Assembly (NCBI GenBank): GCA_025558095.1
Contig: JAIVFI010000038.1
Coordinates: 124,001 to 188,000, forward strand
Direction: 5' to 3'
Source of the DNA: Hyaloraphidium curvatum SAG 235-1
Lineage: Eukaryota; Fungi; Monoblepharomycota
Length of the DNA stretch: 64,000 bases
Numbering within the stretch: the first letter of the stretch is position 1; each line of letters starts with the position of its first letter. The translations under genes were made by a program, and so were the position numbers. A model generated the notes under the pieces. It saw only the letters and a program-made list of their open reading frames with translations. It was not told where the DNA came from and searched no databases. Shown here piece after piece: positions 23,456 through 34,300 of this stretch.

Positions 23456-23969
23456 CGAAGACGCGCCGTGGACGAGGTGCGTGGCGTTGCTCCCGACCAT
23501 GGCGCGGACAGCCTCTGATGCTTGTAGCCTGGCAGAGTGCTTTGAGGTCTGGCCCAACATCTATGCTCCTTTAGTAGATGCCAAGAGGCGATGTATGGAG
23601 CGCGATTTTGGGAAACCAGAGCCGGCCAAGACAACGTCCCCCGTTGCCCGTAGCAAGTCCGGAGGCGTTCGTTCGTCCACGTCCCGACCAAGGGTGGATC
23701 AGTGCTCGAAGCACGGACAAGCGGCGTCCGCCGGGAGTCGGCGACCGTGCGGGCCGATCTAGCACTTGACGATGTTCCACTCCCCTTCTCCCCGGAGACT
23801 GCTGGGCCCATTCGGACCGAATCCTCCCAACAGCTTCCTGTATTAGAGTACAAAATGCCAGAAACGGTGCCTCAGACCTTTAGCCCGTCCGAGGGCGCGG
23901 AAAGTACAACGTCGGAGTCGTTTCCCAGAGGTTAAGGATTCGTTGTTCTTCGGGTATGTAACGTGTTGA

Positions 23970-24112
23970 GGTTTCACGGGCTACGTCGATCGGGGACGAT
24001 GCCATCCACAGATGCGATCGCTGCGTGGAGCTCATTGTGAGATGCCGGCTGCGTCGGTATGGACCGAAGTGATGCCAGACCTCGTGCGAAAGTCCGGCCG
24101 GATCGTGCCTCC
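23970..24112 (+). repeat. 143-bp direct repeat, copy 2 (immediately upstream of the carboxylesterase ATG)
   Basis: Matches 22456-22598. Confidence 0.95.
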
Positions 24113-24149
24113 GTGCATGTCCCCTAACTCCCCCTCCCAACCCGCACCG

Positions 24150-25844
24150 ATGGCGCTCGTGTCCACATCCCTGGGCGTCCTCCGCGGCAACGCCACCGCA
24201 TCGTACCGCGAATTCCTCGGCATCGATTTCGCCGCGCAGCCGGTCGGCCCGCTGCGGTTCCTCCATCCGCGGCCGGCGGAAAAGTGGACCGGCGAACGCG
24301 ACGCCACGCGCAAAGGTGGGCCACTCCGTGCTTCCTGCCGCCCGGAGCGGCTCATCGCGGGATTGGCAGGCAAATGGAGCCCGCAGTTCGACCGGCCCGT
24401 CATCCGCCTGCTGGAAGAGGCCGCCTCGGAGCTGGCCGGCCCGCACGGAGTAGTGCAGGGCGAGGACTGCCTCAACCTCAACGTGTACACGCCCGCGGAC
24501 GTCGGCGCGGGCGGCCTGCCCGTGCTCGTGTGGTCGGTCCGCCCGGACGCGCTGTTGGCAGCGAGGTGCTGACTCCTCCTACCCCGCCCGCCCCGGTCAA
24601 GGATCCACGGCGGCGCGTTCAGGGGCGGATCGGGATCGATGGCCAGCTCCGACGGCCGGGCGTTTGTTTCGGCACACAGGGTGGTCCTCGTCGCCGTCAA
24701 CTACCGCCTGTCGTCGTTCGGGTTCCTGGCCTCCAAGGAGCTCATGGAGGTTTGCGGGGAGGTCAACCTCGGCCTGCTGGACCAGATCGAGGCGCTGCGC
24801 TGGGTAAAGAGGGAGATTGCTGCCTTTGGAGGCGACCCGGCCAACGTGACGGTGTTTGGAGAGTCCGCGGGGGCCATCTCGATCCACGCGCTCATGCTCT
24901 GGGGCCCGTGCGGGCTCTTCCGGCGCGCCTTCCTCGCCAGCGGCGTCATGGGGACCAATGCGCCGCCTCCGGTCTCCACAGCGCCTCAAAGGTACTTTGA
25001 CGCGCTGTGCGCCGAGCTCGGGATCAACAACAAGGCTCTATCATCGAAGGAGACGGTGGAGCGGCTCCGCGCCGTGCCGGCCGACGAGTTCTTCGCGGCG
25101 ACCGTGAAGGTCGGGGACCGGACGCGGTACGCGTTCGGGCCGGTGTGGGACGGCAAGTTCGTCTCCGGAAACTACATCCGGATGATGGATCGGAACGAGT
25201 ACGACCCCGGCGTCGAGGCAATTGTTCTCGGGGACATGGAGGACGAGGGCTCGGTGTTTGCCTTCGGCGACGGGCTGACGACGCCGGCCAAGCTCAAGGC
25301 GTTCGCTAAGGCGATCGCCGGGAAGGACGCTGCCACCGCCTCCTGGCTCGCCCAACGGTACCCCTCCACCCCCGACCCGCTGGATTCCGGGACCCGGCTG
25401 TTTGCAGACTACCTCTTCCACGCACCCACCGCCGTCGTCGCGGGGCAGCTCGCCCGCAACCCCCGCGTCAAGGTGTTCTGCTACCGCTGGGCGTGGACCT
25501 GGTCGCGGACGGCGCACCTCGGATTCGGTGCGTACCACGGCAGCGACGTGCCCTTCTTCTTCAACCAGGCCGCGCTGTGCGGGAAGAGGGAGGGGTACCT
25601 CGCCGCGGCGTTTTCGGGGGCCCTGGCGCGGTTCGCACAGGGCGGGGATCCGGGGAACGGGTGGGCAAGCTACACGAAGGACGATCCGCGCATTTTGCTG
25701 TTCGACGGGCGGGGGAGGATCCGGATGGCGGTCGAGGGGGAGATCGCGGGGCGGGGCGACCGCGGCGCGGTGGAGATGTGGGACGGGTGGGCGCGGAGGA
25801 GGCTGCAGGGCTGGGAGGCGATCGCGGCCAAGGCGCGGATGTAG
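24150..25844 (+). CDS. Type-B carboxylesterase/lipase, no signal peptide, C-terminal PTS1-like -ARM
   Basis: FLGIDFA..PVGPLRF, EDCLNLNVYTP, spliced VW-IHGG (intron 24533-24601), NYRL, FGGDPANVTVFGESAG, DEG and HGSD (catalytic triad S/E/H). Confidence 0.95.
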
Positions 25845-25973
25845 GCCTCGCTGGCACCGCTGTGACTAGGATGCGAAGTCCTCTGTTTATGTGGACGTGA
25901 CTCACATCTCCTTGGCATCCTTGCCGCGCGCACCCGCAAACAAGCTGGCTGTGCCGAATCCCAAACAGCAAAC

Positions 25974-27170
25974 ATGGCCTTACGGAGCCTTTCCGCCCTC
26001 TTCGCGCTCGTCGTCCTCTGCGCCCCCACCTGCCTGGCTTCCGCGGCCGCGCGCCGCGGCAGCATGTCCGTCTGGCGAGAGTACAACGCGACCGACCCCG
26101 CCACCGGAAGCACCGCGTGCTTCAAAGGCTGGACCACGTACGCCGGCGGCACCTCCAATTCGTGGACCGCATGCCCCGTGCCCTGCGCGGCGGACGTTTC
26201 CGCCGGGGTGGGCTCCTTCTCGTGCGCCGTGCCGAGCAACGGCATGGACGCCGCGGCCGCGCGCACCGACGGCAGCATCACGGTGCGGCAGCAGGGCCCC
26301 GGCAGCTGCCACGTCGACTGGCAGTGGCAGTACGTCGGCCCGCCGTACAGCACCGGCGAGCAGGCCGGCCGGCAGTGCCCGTTTGCGACCTGTCCGTTCG
26401 CGTACCTCGCCGCGGCCAACCCGACCAGCTTCGCCATGACGGGCCCCGATACCGGGGTGCTGCAGGGCGCCTGGGCTGGGGACGCATGCGAGGCCGTGGC
26501 GGGATGCCCGGTTCTGGACGAAAACACGCGGACGGGCTCGCAGTGGGTCGACAACACGGGCACCCTGTACGCCTGCCTGCCCGCACCCGACGCCGGCGCC
26601 GTGGGCATGAGCGTACTCGTCAAGCTGGATGCTTGGGGCGAGGTCGCGTGCGCGTCTCGCAACTCCAAGGACTGCATCTGGCTGCCCTCGACGTGCTGCG
26701 AGGTGTGGAGCCGCGGGTTCCCCCTGGGATCCGGCACGCCTTACGTGGCGTGCGGGGAATACCACAGGTCGGTGTGGGGCTCGCCCGGCTACGGCGATCC
26801 CTCCCACTGGTGCGAGAGGGGCCGCGCGCTGCTGTCGGCCAACCGCCCTCGCCAGGCGGGGCCTGGGATCGGGGTGCTTGGCCCCAACTGCAACGCCCGC
26901 AGTGCTCCCGGCACCCCGGTCGATCCCGATGCCGGGCCGTGGAAGGTTCTCGCGGACGCCCCGGGGGCCGGAGGAATCTTGGCCGTCCGAAAGTCGGGCA
27001 CCCGCACCGGATGCATGGCGGCCTCGCGGGAGGAGGGCGGCGGATGCATCAGGTTCACATCCAAGTGGTGCGCGCAGTACGCCGTGGGGACGGCCGACGC
27101 GGGAACGCCGTGGATCGAGTGCGACCTGGGCGAGGAGTGGTGCCGGATGGCGGCGGCCATATTGGCGTAG
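25974..27170 (+). CDS. Secreted Cys/Trp-rich protein of unknown function
   Basis: Intronless 398-aa ORF with signal peptide MALRSLSALFALVVLCAPTCLA, many Cys and Trp residues, and GC3-rich codons. Confidence 0.8.
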   Translation: MALRSLSALFALVVLCAPTCLASAAARRGSMSVWREYNATDPATGSTACFKGWTTYAGGTSNSWTACPVPCAADVSAGVGSFSCAVPSNGMDAAAARTDGSITVRQQGPGSCHVDWQWQYVGPPYSTGEQAGRQCPFATCPFAYLAAANPTSFAMTGPDTGVLQGAWAGDACEAVAGCPVLDENTRTGSQWVDNTGTLYACLPAPDAGAVGMSVLVKLDAWGEVACASRNSKDCIWLPSTCCEVWSRGFPLGSGTPYVACGEYHRSVWGSPGYGDPSHWCERGRALLSANRPRQAGPGIGVLGPNCNARSAPGTPVDPDAGPWKVLADAPGAGGILAVRKSGTRTGCMAASREEGGGCIRFTSKWCAQYAVGTADAGTPWIECDLGEEWCRMAAAILA

Positions 27171-27245
27171 AGGGGAAAACTAGAGCATGATATCCTTATG
27201 CAAATGGGACAGGGTCCGGCAAGCACAAGAGAAACGCTCATCGAA

Positions 27246-29620
27246 TCAATCATGGGAATCCATGCTCCTGCGTCCGTAGTAGTTCGGCGCCGCCTCGAGC
27301 ATCCATCCCATCTCGATCCGGCTCACGGTCCGCATGTACTGCCTGTTCGTGTAGAGCAGCTCGTTGTAGACGATGCAGGGCACCCTCTTGTTGTGCAGCA
27401 CCGAAGACGGGTGAATCGCAACGATCTGGGACGCCAGCAAGCGCTCAGCACAAACAGTAACAAGCCTCCCCGGACAACACACCTGATTGTTCACGACGGT
27501 CCTGTACGACCCGTCCGGCTGCCTGAACGCCACGTTCTGCACGAAGCCGCCCAGGATTGCGCGCAGGACGCGCTCCCTGTCGTCGCCCGCGGTGGCGGCG
27601 GGGTCGATTCCCGTCTCCTTGCAGAGGTCCTTGAGCTGCTCCCGGATCTGCATGGCCTGCTTCATGGCCCGGTGGTTGACAAAGTGCGCCTTGCACCACG
27701 CGGCCTTGTCGTCCGCCTCGGCCTCGTACCCGCGCGCGGCGGCGAGCAGCGTGAGATGGTCGCCGTCATAGCTGACAAACTTTGACCGGGTTTCGGCGAC
27801 CTCCTCGCGCCGGTCCGAGGGGGTGTGGAAGAGGTTTTCCACGCTGAGCATCGCCACGATGGTCACGATCTCCTCGGTGCAACCGTAGCGCGCGCTGGAA
27901 ATGACGACCTTGGCGTACGGCGGGTCCAAGGGGAAAGCAGCCATCTGCTTGCCCAGCTCCGTCAGCTTTCCGTCGTCCCCGAGGGCCCCCAGCGAGTAGA
28001 GCTGCTCCAAGGCGCGGATGAGCGCGCCGCGGCTCGGGGGGTCCATGAAATCGAACCCCTGGACGTCGTCCACGCCGCAGGCTTTGAGTTGCAGGGCGGC
28101 GCTGGCCAGGTTGACGCGCTGGATCTCGGGAACCGTGCTCTCGTCCAGCGACCCGAAATCGCGCTCCGTGTAGAGGCGGAAGCAGCATCCGGGAGCCTCG
28201 CGACCGGCGCGACCGGCTCGTTGCCTCGCAGAGGCCTTGGAGATCTCGCGGACCACGAGCGACTCGAGCCCGATCCGCGAGTCGAACGAGCGGACCTTGG
28301 CCACCCCGGTGTCGACCACGTAGCGGATCCCGGGGATGGTGACGGAGGTTTCGGCGACATTTGTCGCGATGACGCACTTGCGCATTCCGCGCGGCGTGGG
28401 CTCAAAGGCTTTGGCCTGCTGCGCCCCGGGCAGCGCGGCAAAGAGCGGCACCACCAGCAGCTTGGACTGCTCGGGCGGCAAGTAGACCGAGTTCTCGTTA
28501 AGCAGCTTCTCCAGAGCTTCGATCTCGTCCTGGCCGGACAGGAAGACCAGTATGTCCCCGGGAGCCTGCTCGCGGTGGATCTGGAACACGGCTACCATGG
28601 CGGAATCCACGTAGTCCTCCTGGGGCTCCGGCGTGTGGAACTGCTTCACTGGAAACTGCCGCCCCGCGACGTAGAGGATCCGTGCGCCTCCAAAGTAGGC
28701 CGAGAACTTCTCGGCGTCCAGGGTCGCGCTCATGACCACGATCTTGAGCTCCCCCAGCGCCTTGGCCTCGGCATCTGCCGGGTCTTTACGGCGCTTCTGG
28801 ATGTCCTTCAGCATCCCAAACAGAATGTCCGTTCGCAGCGTCCGCTCGTGGGCTTCGTCGAGGATCACGACGCGGTACGAACGCAAAAGAGGGTCCGACA
28901 GCAGCTCGCGGAGGAGCATGCCGTCTGTCGCATACTTTATCCGGGTATCGCGCGAAAACTTTGGCTCGAAGCGGACCGAGTAGCCCACGAGCCGGCCCAG
29001 GGGGACGCCGACCTCGGCGGCGACGCGGCGTGCGATCGAGGTCGCCGCCACCTTGCGGGGCTGCGTGACGGCGATTCCCGGACTATGGGGCTTCGAGCTG
29101 ACCACGTCGGCTTCCAGCAAGTATTGCGGAATTTCTGCAAGCACGGTTCCGGATCAGCAGAGCGGTGTCCATCTTCGGAGCGAGAAGACTGACGTGTGGT
29201 CTTTCCGGACCCCGTTTCTCCCACAATGACCACCGTGTCGTTCTTCTTGATCTCATCGATGATGGCGTTCCGGGCCGAAAAGATGGGCAGCGCCTCCCGC
29301 TGCTTCTTGAGCTGCCGCGCCGTCTCGCGGAGCTTGTCGCCCGCCGCGTCCGTCCCGTTCGCGCCCTGAGGCCGTTTGTGCCCCTTTTCCTCCTTGCCCA
29401 GTCCATCTCCACCATCGTCTTTCCCCTTCCGATGTTTGTTGTGGGGTAGGCTTCCGTTTGGAACCACGCCGTTGAGTCCCGCACCAGGTCCGGGTCTGTC
29501 GCGCTCGTGCCCGTCCGAGGCAGTTCCGTCGCCCTGTCCGCTCCGGCACTTCTTCCGACGCTTCTTCTTATGCGAATCCTTATGGTGCCCGTTCATCAAC
29601 GGCTCCGCACGCGGTTCCAT
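27246..29620 (-). CDS. DHR2: DEAH-box RNA helicase, DHR2/DHX33-like
   Basis: GETGSGKTT, TQPRKVAA, DEAHER, MSAT, TNVAETSVTI and QRAGRAGRE motifs with HA2/OB domains. Lys-rich N-terminus and short architecture. Introns near 29140-29195 and 27430-27482. Confidence 0.85.
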
Positions 29621-29782
29621 CGCGGAGGTCGTCAAGCGGGGTCGAAGGACTTTCCAAACAAGTCATCAAGCGGTCACGGCAAACGTCGATCCAGCGATTT
29701 TGCCCGTCTGGTTGACGGCTGCGGCACTGGTGCCTCTACAAATTGCCGATCTTAAACAAATCGACGGAAGACTGAGCGGACG

Positions 29783-31165
29783 ATGGCCTCGCCCGGCTTC
29801 CACGTTGCCGTGACCCCGGAAAAGGGCCGCGACGAGCGCGGCATCATTGCCGACCGGGCGTTCTCTCCCGGCGAGACCATTCTCTTTGAAGCGCGGCCTC
29901 TGGTTGCGGCGCCTTTCCACTGGACGGCCGTCTACTTCCCGATGTGTTCGCATTGCTGCCGGTCCATGGAACGACCGGACCGAATGCTGGCGCGGCTTGC
30001 GGGGGTCTCTGCGGACCAGGTGCGGCTCGGTTGTCTTCACGGGTTCCGGGAACACGTCATGAAAGAGAACGCCGCCTCCGGTGCTGATCCCGTTGACGCG
30101 GCGGCCGGCTTCGCCTTCGACCCGCTGAACCCGGTTCCCGTGCCGTGCACCTCCTGCCCGCTGGAGACCTACTGCTCTCCCTCGTGCCGCCAGCTGGCGT
30201 GGGACCAGCACCACCGCTTTCTGTGCCCGCGCAAGCCCATTCCGGGCAAGGACGACCCGTACGTCGCCCTGGTCGAGATGTGGAAGGAGCTCCACCCGCC
30301 CCCGGAGGCGACCACGCCGATGCTCGTCGCGAGGATCGTCTGCGACATCCGCGGGCGGATGGAGGCCGGAGCTTCGTTTGCGGAGGCGGCGGCGCCGTTT
30401 GCGGATTTCAAGCGCGCCCCGCCGGGCCCCGTCGGCGACTCTGCGATCTACAGGTTGTTTTTGAACACCCCGAACCCGGCCGCGTCGTCGTCCTCAGGCC
30501 GCCCCAACATCCTGGAGGACGTGCACGCGGCTCTGGTCCGCCTAGTCGACCACCCTTCACTGCCTCGGGAGCTCGTCTCGTTCCAGGCCTTCCTCGACCT
30601 CCTGGGGGTCGTTGCGCTCAACGGACAGGGCGTGGGTACGTCGGCGCTCGACAACTACCGCATTTTCCTCGGCGCGAACCCGTCTCCCGCGGCGTCGGCG
30701 GACCTGGAGGCGATCGACGCCCTCGCGCCGTTCGTGGAGGAGGTTTCGGCCCCTTTCCTGCGCGCCGAAGGCTCGGCACTCTACGCGACCCACCGCTTCC
30801 TCAACCATTCGTGCGATCCCAACGCCGAGTGCCGGTTCGAGGGGCCTGGCAAGGGCTACGAGGTCCGGGTGGTGTGTAAGCGGCCGATCGCGCTGGGGGA
30901 AGAGGTCACGATCGCGTACCTCGAGGAGGGCGACGAGGACGAGATGGGGTGCGGGGACTCGTGCGCCGACGACCACGAGCACGAGTGGGAGGACGTGGAT
31001 GGCGACGAGGCCATGGACGAAGGCGAGGACGGCGAGGAATCGGAAGGGGATGGAGATGGGGAGGCCGCAGAGGAGCGGCCCGGGGAGGAGAGGAGGCGGC
31101 AGCTCCGAAAGTACTACCTGTTCGACTGCCGTTGCCCGCTCTGCATCCGGGAGCTTGCTGAATAG
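29783..31165 (+). CDS. SET and MYND domain lysine methyltransferase, SMYD5-like
   Basis: Split SET with MYND (CSHC..CTSC..YCSPSCRQLAWDQHHRFLC), HPPPEATTPMLVARI, LNGQGVG, LNHSCDPN, GEEVTIAY, an acidic stretch and post-SET YLFDCRCPLC. Confidence 0.88.
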   Translation: MASPGFHVAVTPEKGRDERGIIADRAFSPGETILFEARPLVAAPFHWTAVYFPMCSHCCRSMERPDRMLARLAGVSADQVRLGCLHGFREHVMKENAASGADPVDAAAGFAFDPLNPVPVPCTSCPLETYCSPSCRQLAWDQHHRFLCPRKPIPGKDDPYVALVEMWKELHPPPEATTPMLVARIVCDIRGRMEAGASFAEAAAPFADFKRAPPGPVGDSAIYRLFLNTPNPAASSSSGRPNILEDVHAALVRLVDHPSLPRELVSFQAFLDLLGVVALNGQGVGTSALDNYRIFLGANPSPAASADLEAIDALAPFVEEVSAPFLRAEGSALYATHRFLNHSCDPNAECRFEGPGKGYEVRVVCKRPIALGEEVTIAYLEEGDEDEMGCGDSCADDHEHEWEDVDGDEAMDEGEDGEESEGDGDGEAAEERPGEERRRQLRKYYLFDCRCPLCIRELAE

Positions 31166-31319
31166 ATGGATCGGATGCTAGATTGCTCTAGAACGCCCTA
31201 ACTCCGTCCCCGGTTGAGAAGTCGGACCTGGACTCGCATGATGATATTGGTTCCGCGGTCCCAGCGTAGCGACCCGGTTGGGGAGTCCCCGACTCTTCGA
31301 GCCACCACACCCGGCGGGC

Positions 31320-34300
31320 ATGGGCCTGCCGGACAACAACCTGCAGGAGGCGCTCAGCGTCTTCCAGCGGCGGCCCGAGCACGGCGCACCGGGCAGCGCG
31401 GCGCGCGCGGGCGCCGCCGGCGGCTTCCAGTTCGGGCGGCCCGCGCAGGCCGCGTCGGGCGCCGCGTCGCCCGCGCTGTCGACTCCCGGCGCGCCGGCGG
31501 ACACGCAGCATCGCCATGCCGGCGGGGGCGCAGGCGGCGGGCCGGGCTCGGCGCACGGAGACGGGTGGGAGGGCCGCCGAGTTCCGCGGCATTCCTCGGC
31601 GCTCACCGGTGTCTTTTGGGACGGAAGCGCTGGAGCTCGCAGCGGCGGATCCTCCTCGGGGCCGTCAAAGACTTTCTCGTTCAAGATCTCCGGTGGCGGC
31701 AGCGGCGGACCGAGCAACGAGAACCTGGTGCGAACCGGCCCGGGAGCAGCCCCGCTCGGCACCCCTTCCCTGACGGAAGCTCTTCAGTACCGCCACGAGC
31801 CGGCTCGAATGCCCCAGAATGTTCGGCAACAGGCACCGACAATGCCGGCACCCGCCTATCCGGCCCCTTCTCGGCCCGCGCAGGGACCTGACAGGTGGCC
31901 CGACCCGACCCGCCCTTCCTCCTACCAGCCTGCACCGCAGAGCTGGAACCGCCCGGATCAACCTGCCCAACCTCGATACCCGTCGAATCCACCCCCCCAA
32001 CGGATGCCTCTCGCAGCACCTTCCGGCTACGGCAAGCCGGCCGCCGCGCCCGCACAGGCCGAGGACTACGAGCACGTCCGGGTCATCAAGAAGACCACCA
32101 TCGTGACCGAGACGACGGAGAGACGGCAGCTTCAGAAGCGGTCGGACAGCGGGGGAAGCACTGGGAACGCTGCCGGGCCATCGAAGTACGCCCCCGAACC
32201 CGATTTCGGTTGGTATTGGCTCTGTCCGAGGAAGCCTATACTCTGAGCTCCTTCCGCAGACGCAGGCTACGACGACGACTTCAACATGGTGGACGACGAT
32301 GCTCCCATTCCCGCGCCCGCACCGCCCCAGCGCCCGCCCCCGCCGCAGGCGCCGGCGGAAGTCTTTTCCATACCGGACTCGGACGACGACGACGAGGCTC
32401 TCCATTCGCAAGCTCCCGTGGACGCCCCGGAGCCCGAGCCGGAGCACGACGACGAGGGTGGGGAGGACGAGTACGACGAGGAGTTTGGCATTCCCGAGAC
32501 TGCGCTCTTCGATGCCCTGGTATGTCCCTTTCTTGTGCTTGTGGATCGAAACTGGAACGCTACACATTAGGACAACGTCAATCGGAACTCGGAACTCGAC
32601 CACGACGAGGATGGTCCGGACAGGCACGACGAGGGTCCGACTTTCTTCGTGGGTTTGCTTTCCGACATCATGGACGCCCAACTAACCTCTGTCGCAGGAT
32701 GGCGACGGTTTTGTGGCTCCGCCACCGTACTCCGCTCATGATCCGAATCCAAGGGCGAACCTCCATGTCGCTCCGAATCGGCAACCGGTTCCGCGCGAGG
32801 AAGATCTGTCTTCGGTAAGCTCGACATTCGAATGGATCCCCAGCACCTGATCTAATGCAACCGCAGATGACACCCCAAGAACTCCTCGCGCTCAAGAAGA
32901 AGCTCACAGACGAGGACTTCCAAGTCGTCTCGGAGCTCTTCAACGGCGATCCGTCTTTGCAGGCCCAACTCCTCGACCGTCAAGGACGCATTCGGCAGAA
33001 GCTCCTTCGCATCGACGAGGCAATCCTCAGCGCGGCAAGGCGAGGTGCTGCCGGCCCCGCCCTCGCCGCCCGAGGTGGCGCTGCTTACGGGGCGCCGGCT
33101 GCGGATCGGGCATTCGGCTACGGCAACGAGGCGAATCAGCCCGCTCCGCGCTTTTTGCCTGAACCGAGACTTAACCAGCAGCCCAATCAGAGGCCGCCTG
33201 TCCCGGCCCCGGTGGATGGTCCTCAGCGACCTCGCACGAGCTTGCCCGAAAGCAGGGCAGCCCCGGCTCCTCCCGCCCAGCAACCTCGTCTCTCCCTCCC
33301 TCCCCCGTCGCGTGCACCGCCGGGACCCGCACCGCTTCCCGTGCAGCAGGAAGAGCGCCCCGCCGAGCCGGAGAAGAAGTACGACTGGGACCGCGACGTG
33401 CTCAAGGCGCTCCGGCAGTACTTCAAGCTGGACCGGTTCCGCAGCAACCAGCTCGAGGCGATCAATGCGACGCTGTGCAAGGAGGATGTCTTTGTGCTCA
33501 TGCCCACGGGAGGCGGCAAGAGTTTGTGCTTTCAGGCAGGTTGCCTGCCGTGCCATCCTGTTCCCCGCTTACGACCCGTCTTGCAGCTGCCGGCCGTCAT
33601 CTCGAAAGCCAGGGACAATGCCATCACCTTCGTCGTCTCTCCGCTGCTGTCCCTGATCAAGGACCAGGTTTCGAAGCTTCTCTCGAACAACATCCCGACC
33701 GACAACCTCAGCGGGTCGATCACCCCTGCCAAGCAGAAGGCCATCCTTGATTGTGAGTGAAATTCCATCGCTGGCTCGCTCGCTGTTGATTTGGCGCGCA
33801 CAAAAGCGCTTCTGAACCCCAACTGCACGACCGTCCTCGTTTACACCACCCCCGAGATGCTGGTCAAGTCGGACCGCCTCAAGAGCGTCCTCCAAGCCCT
33901 CTACAAGCAGAACCGTCTCGCACGGTTCGTCGTCGATGAGGCGCACTGCGGTGAGCTTCTCCGTGCCTTTTGTCACTCGAGTGCCTCAATCTGCTTCTAC
34001 TCAGTGTCGCAGTGGGGACACGATTTCCGTCCCGACTACAAGGAACTCGGGTTCTTCAAGCGGTGCATATGTCGCGATGCTCGACCCAGCAGTGGCGCTG
34101 ATCCGCACCTCGCAGAGACTATCCCCGCACTCCGGTCATGGCATTGACGGCGACGGCCAACCTGCAAGTGCGCGGTGGGTGCCGGTGCTTTCTGTGTTCG
34201 GAGACGGTACGCCTGAACCTTCGTCTTGCAGCTGACATCAAGCACGTGCTTGCGATCCGGCCCCGGGAGATCGTGCAGTCCTTCAACCGGCCGAACCTCT

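Noticed and set aside
22456-24112. LTR retrotransposon or TRIM interpretation of the direct repeats
   Set aside because: No TG..CA ends, target-site duplication, PBS/PPT or gag/pol remnants were seen. Kept only as a repeat-flanked cassette.
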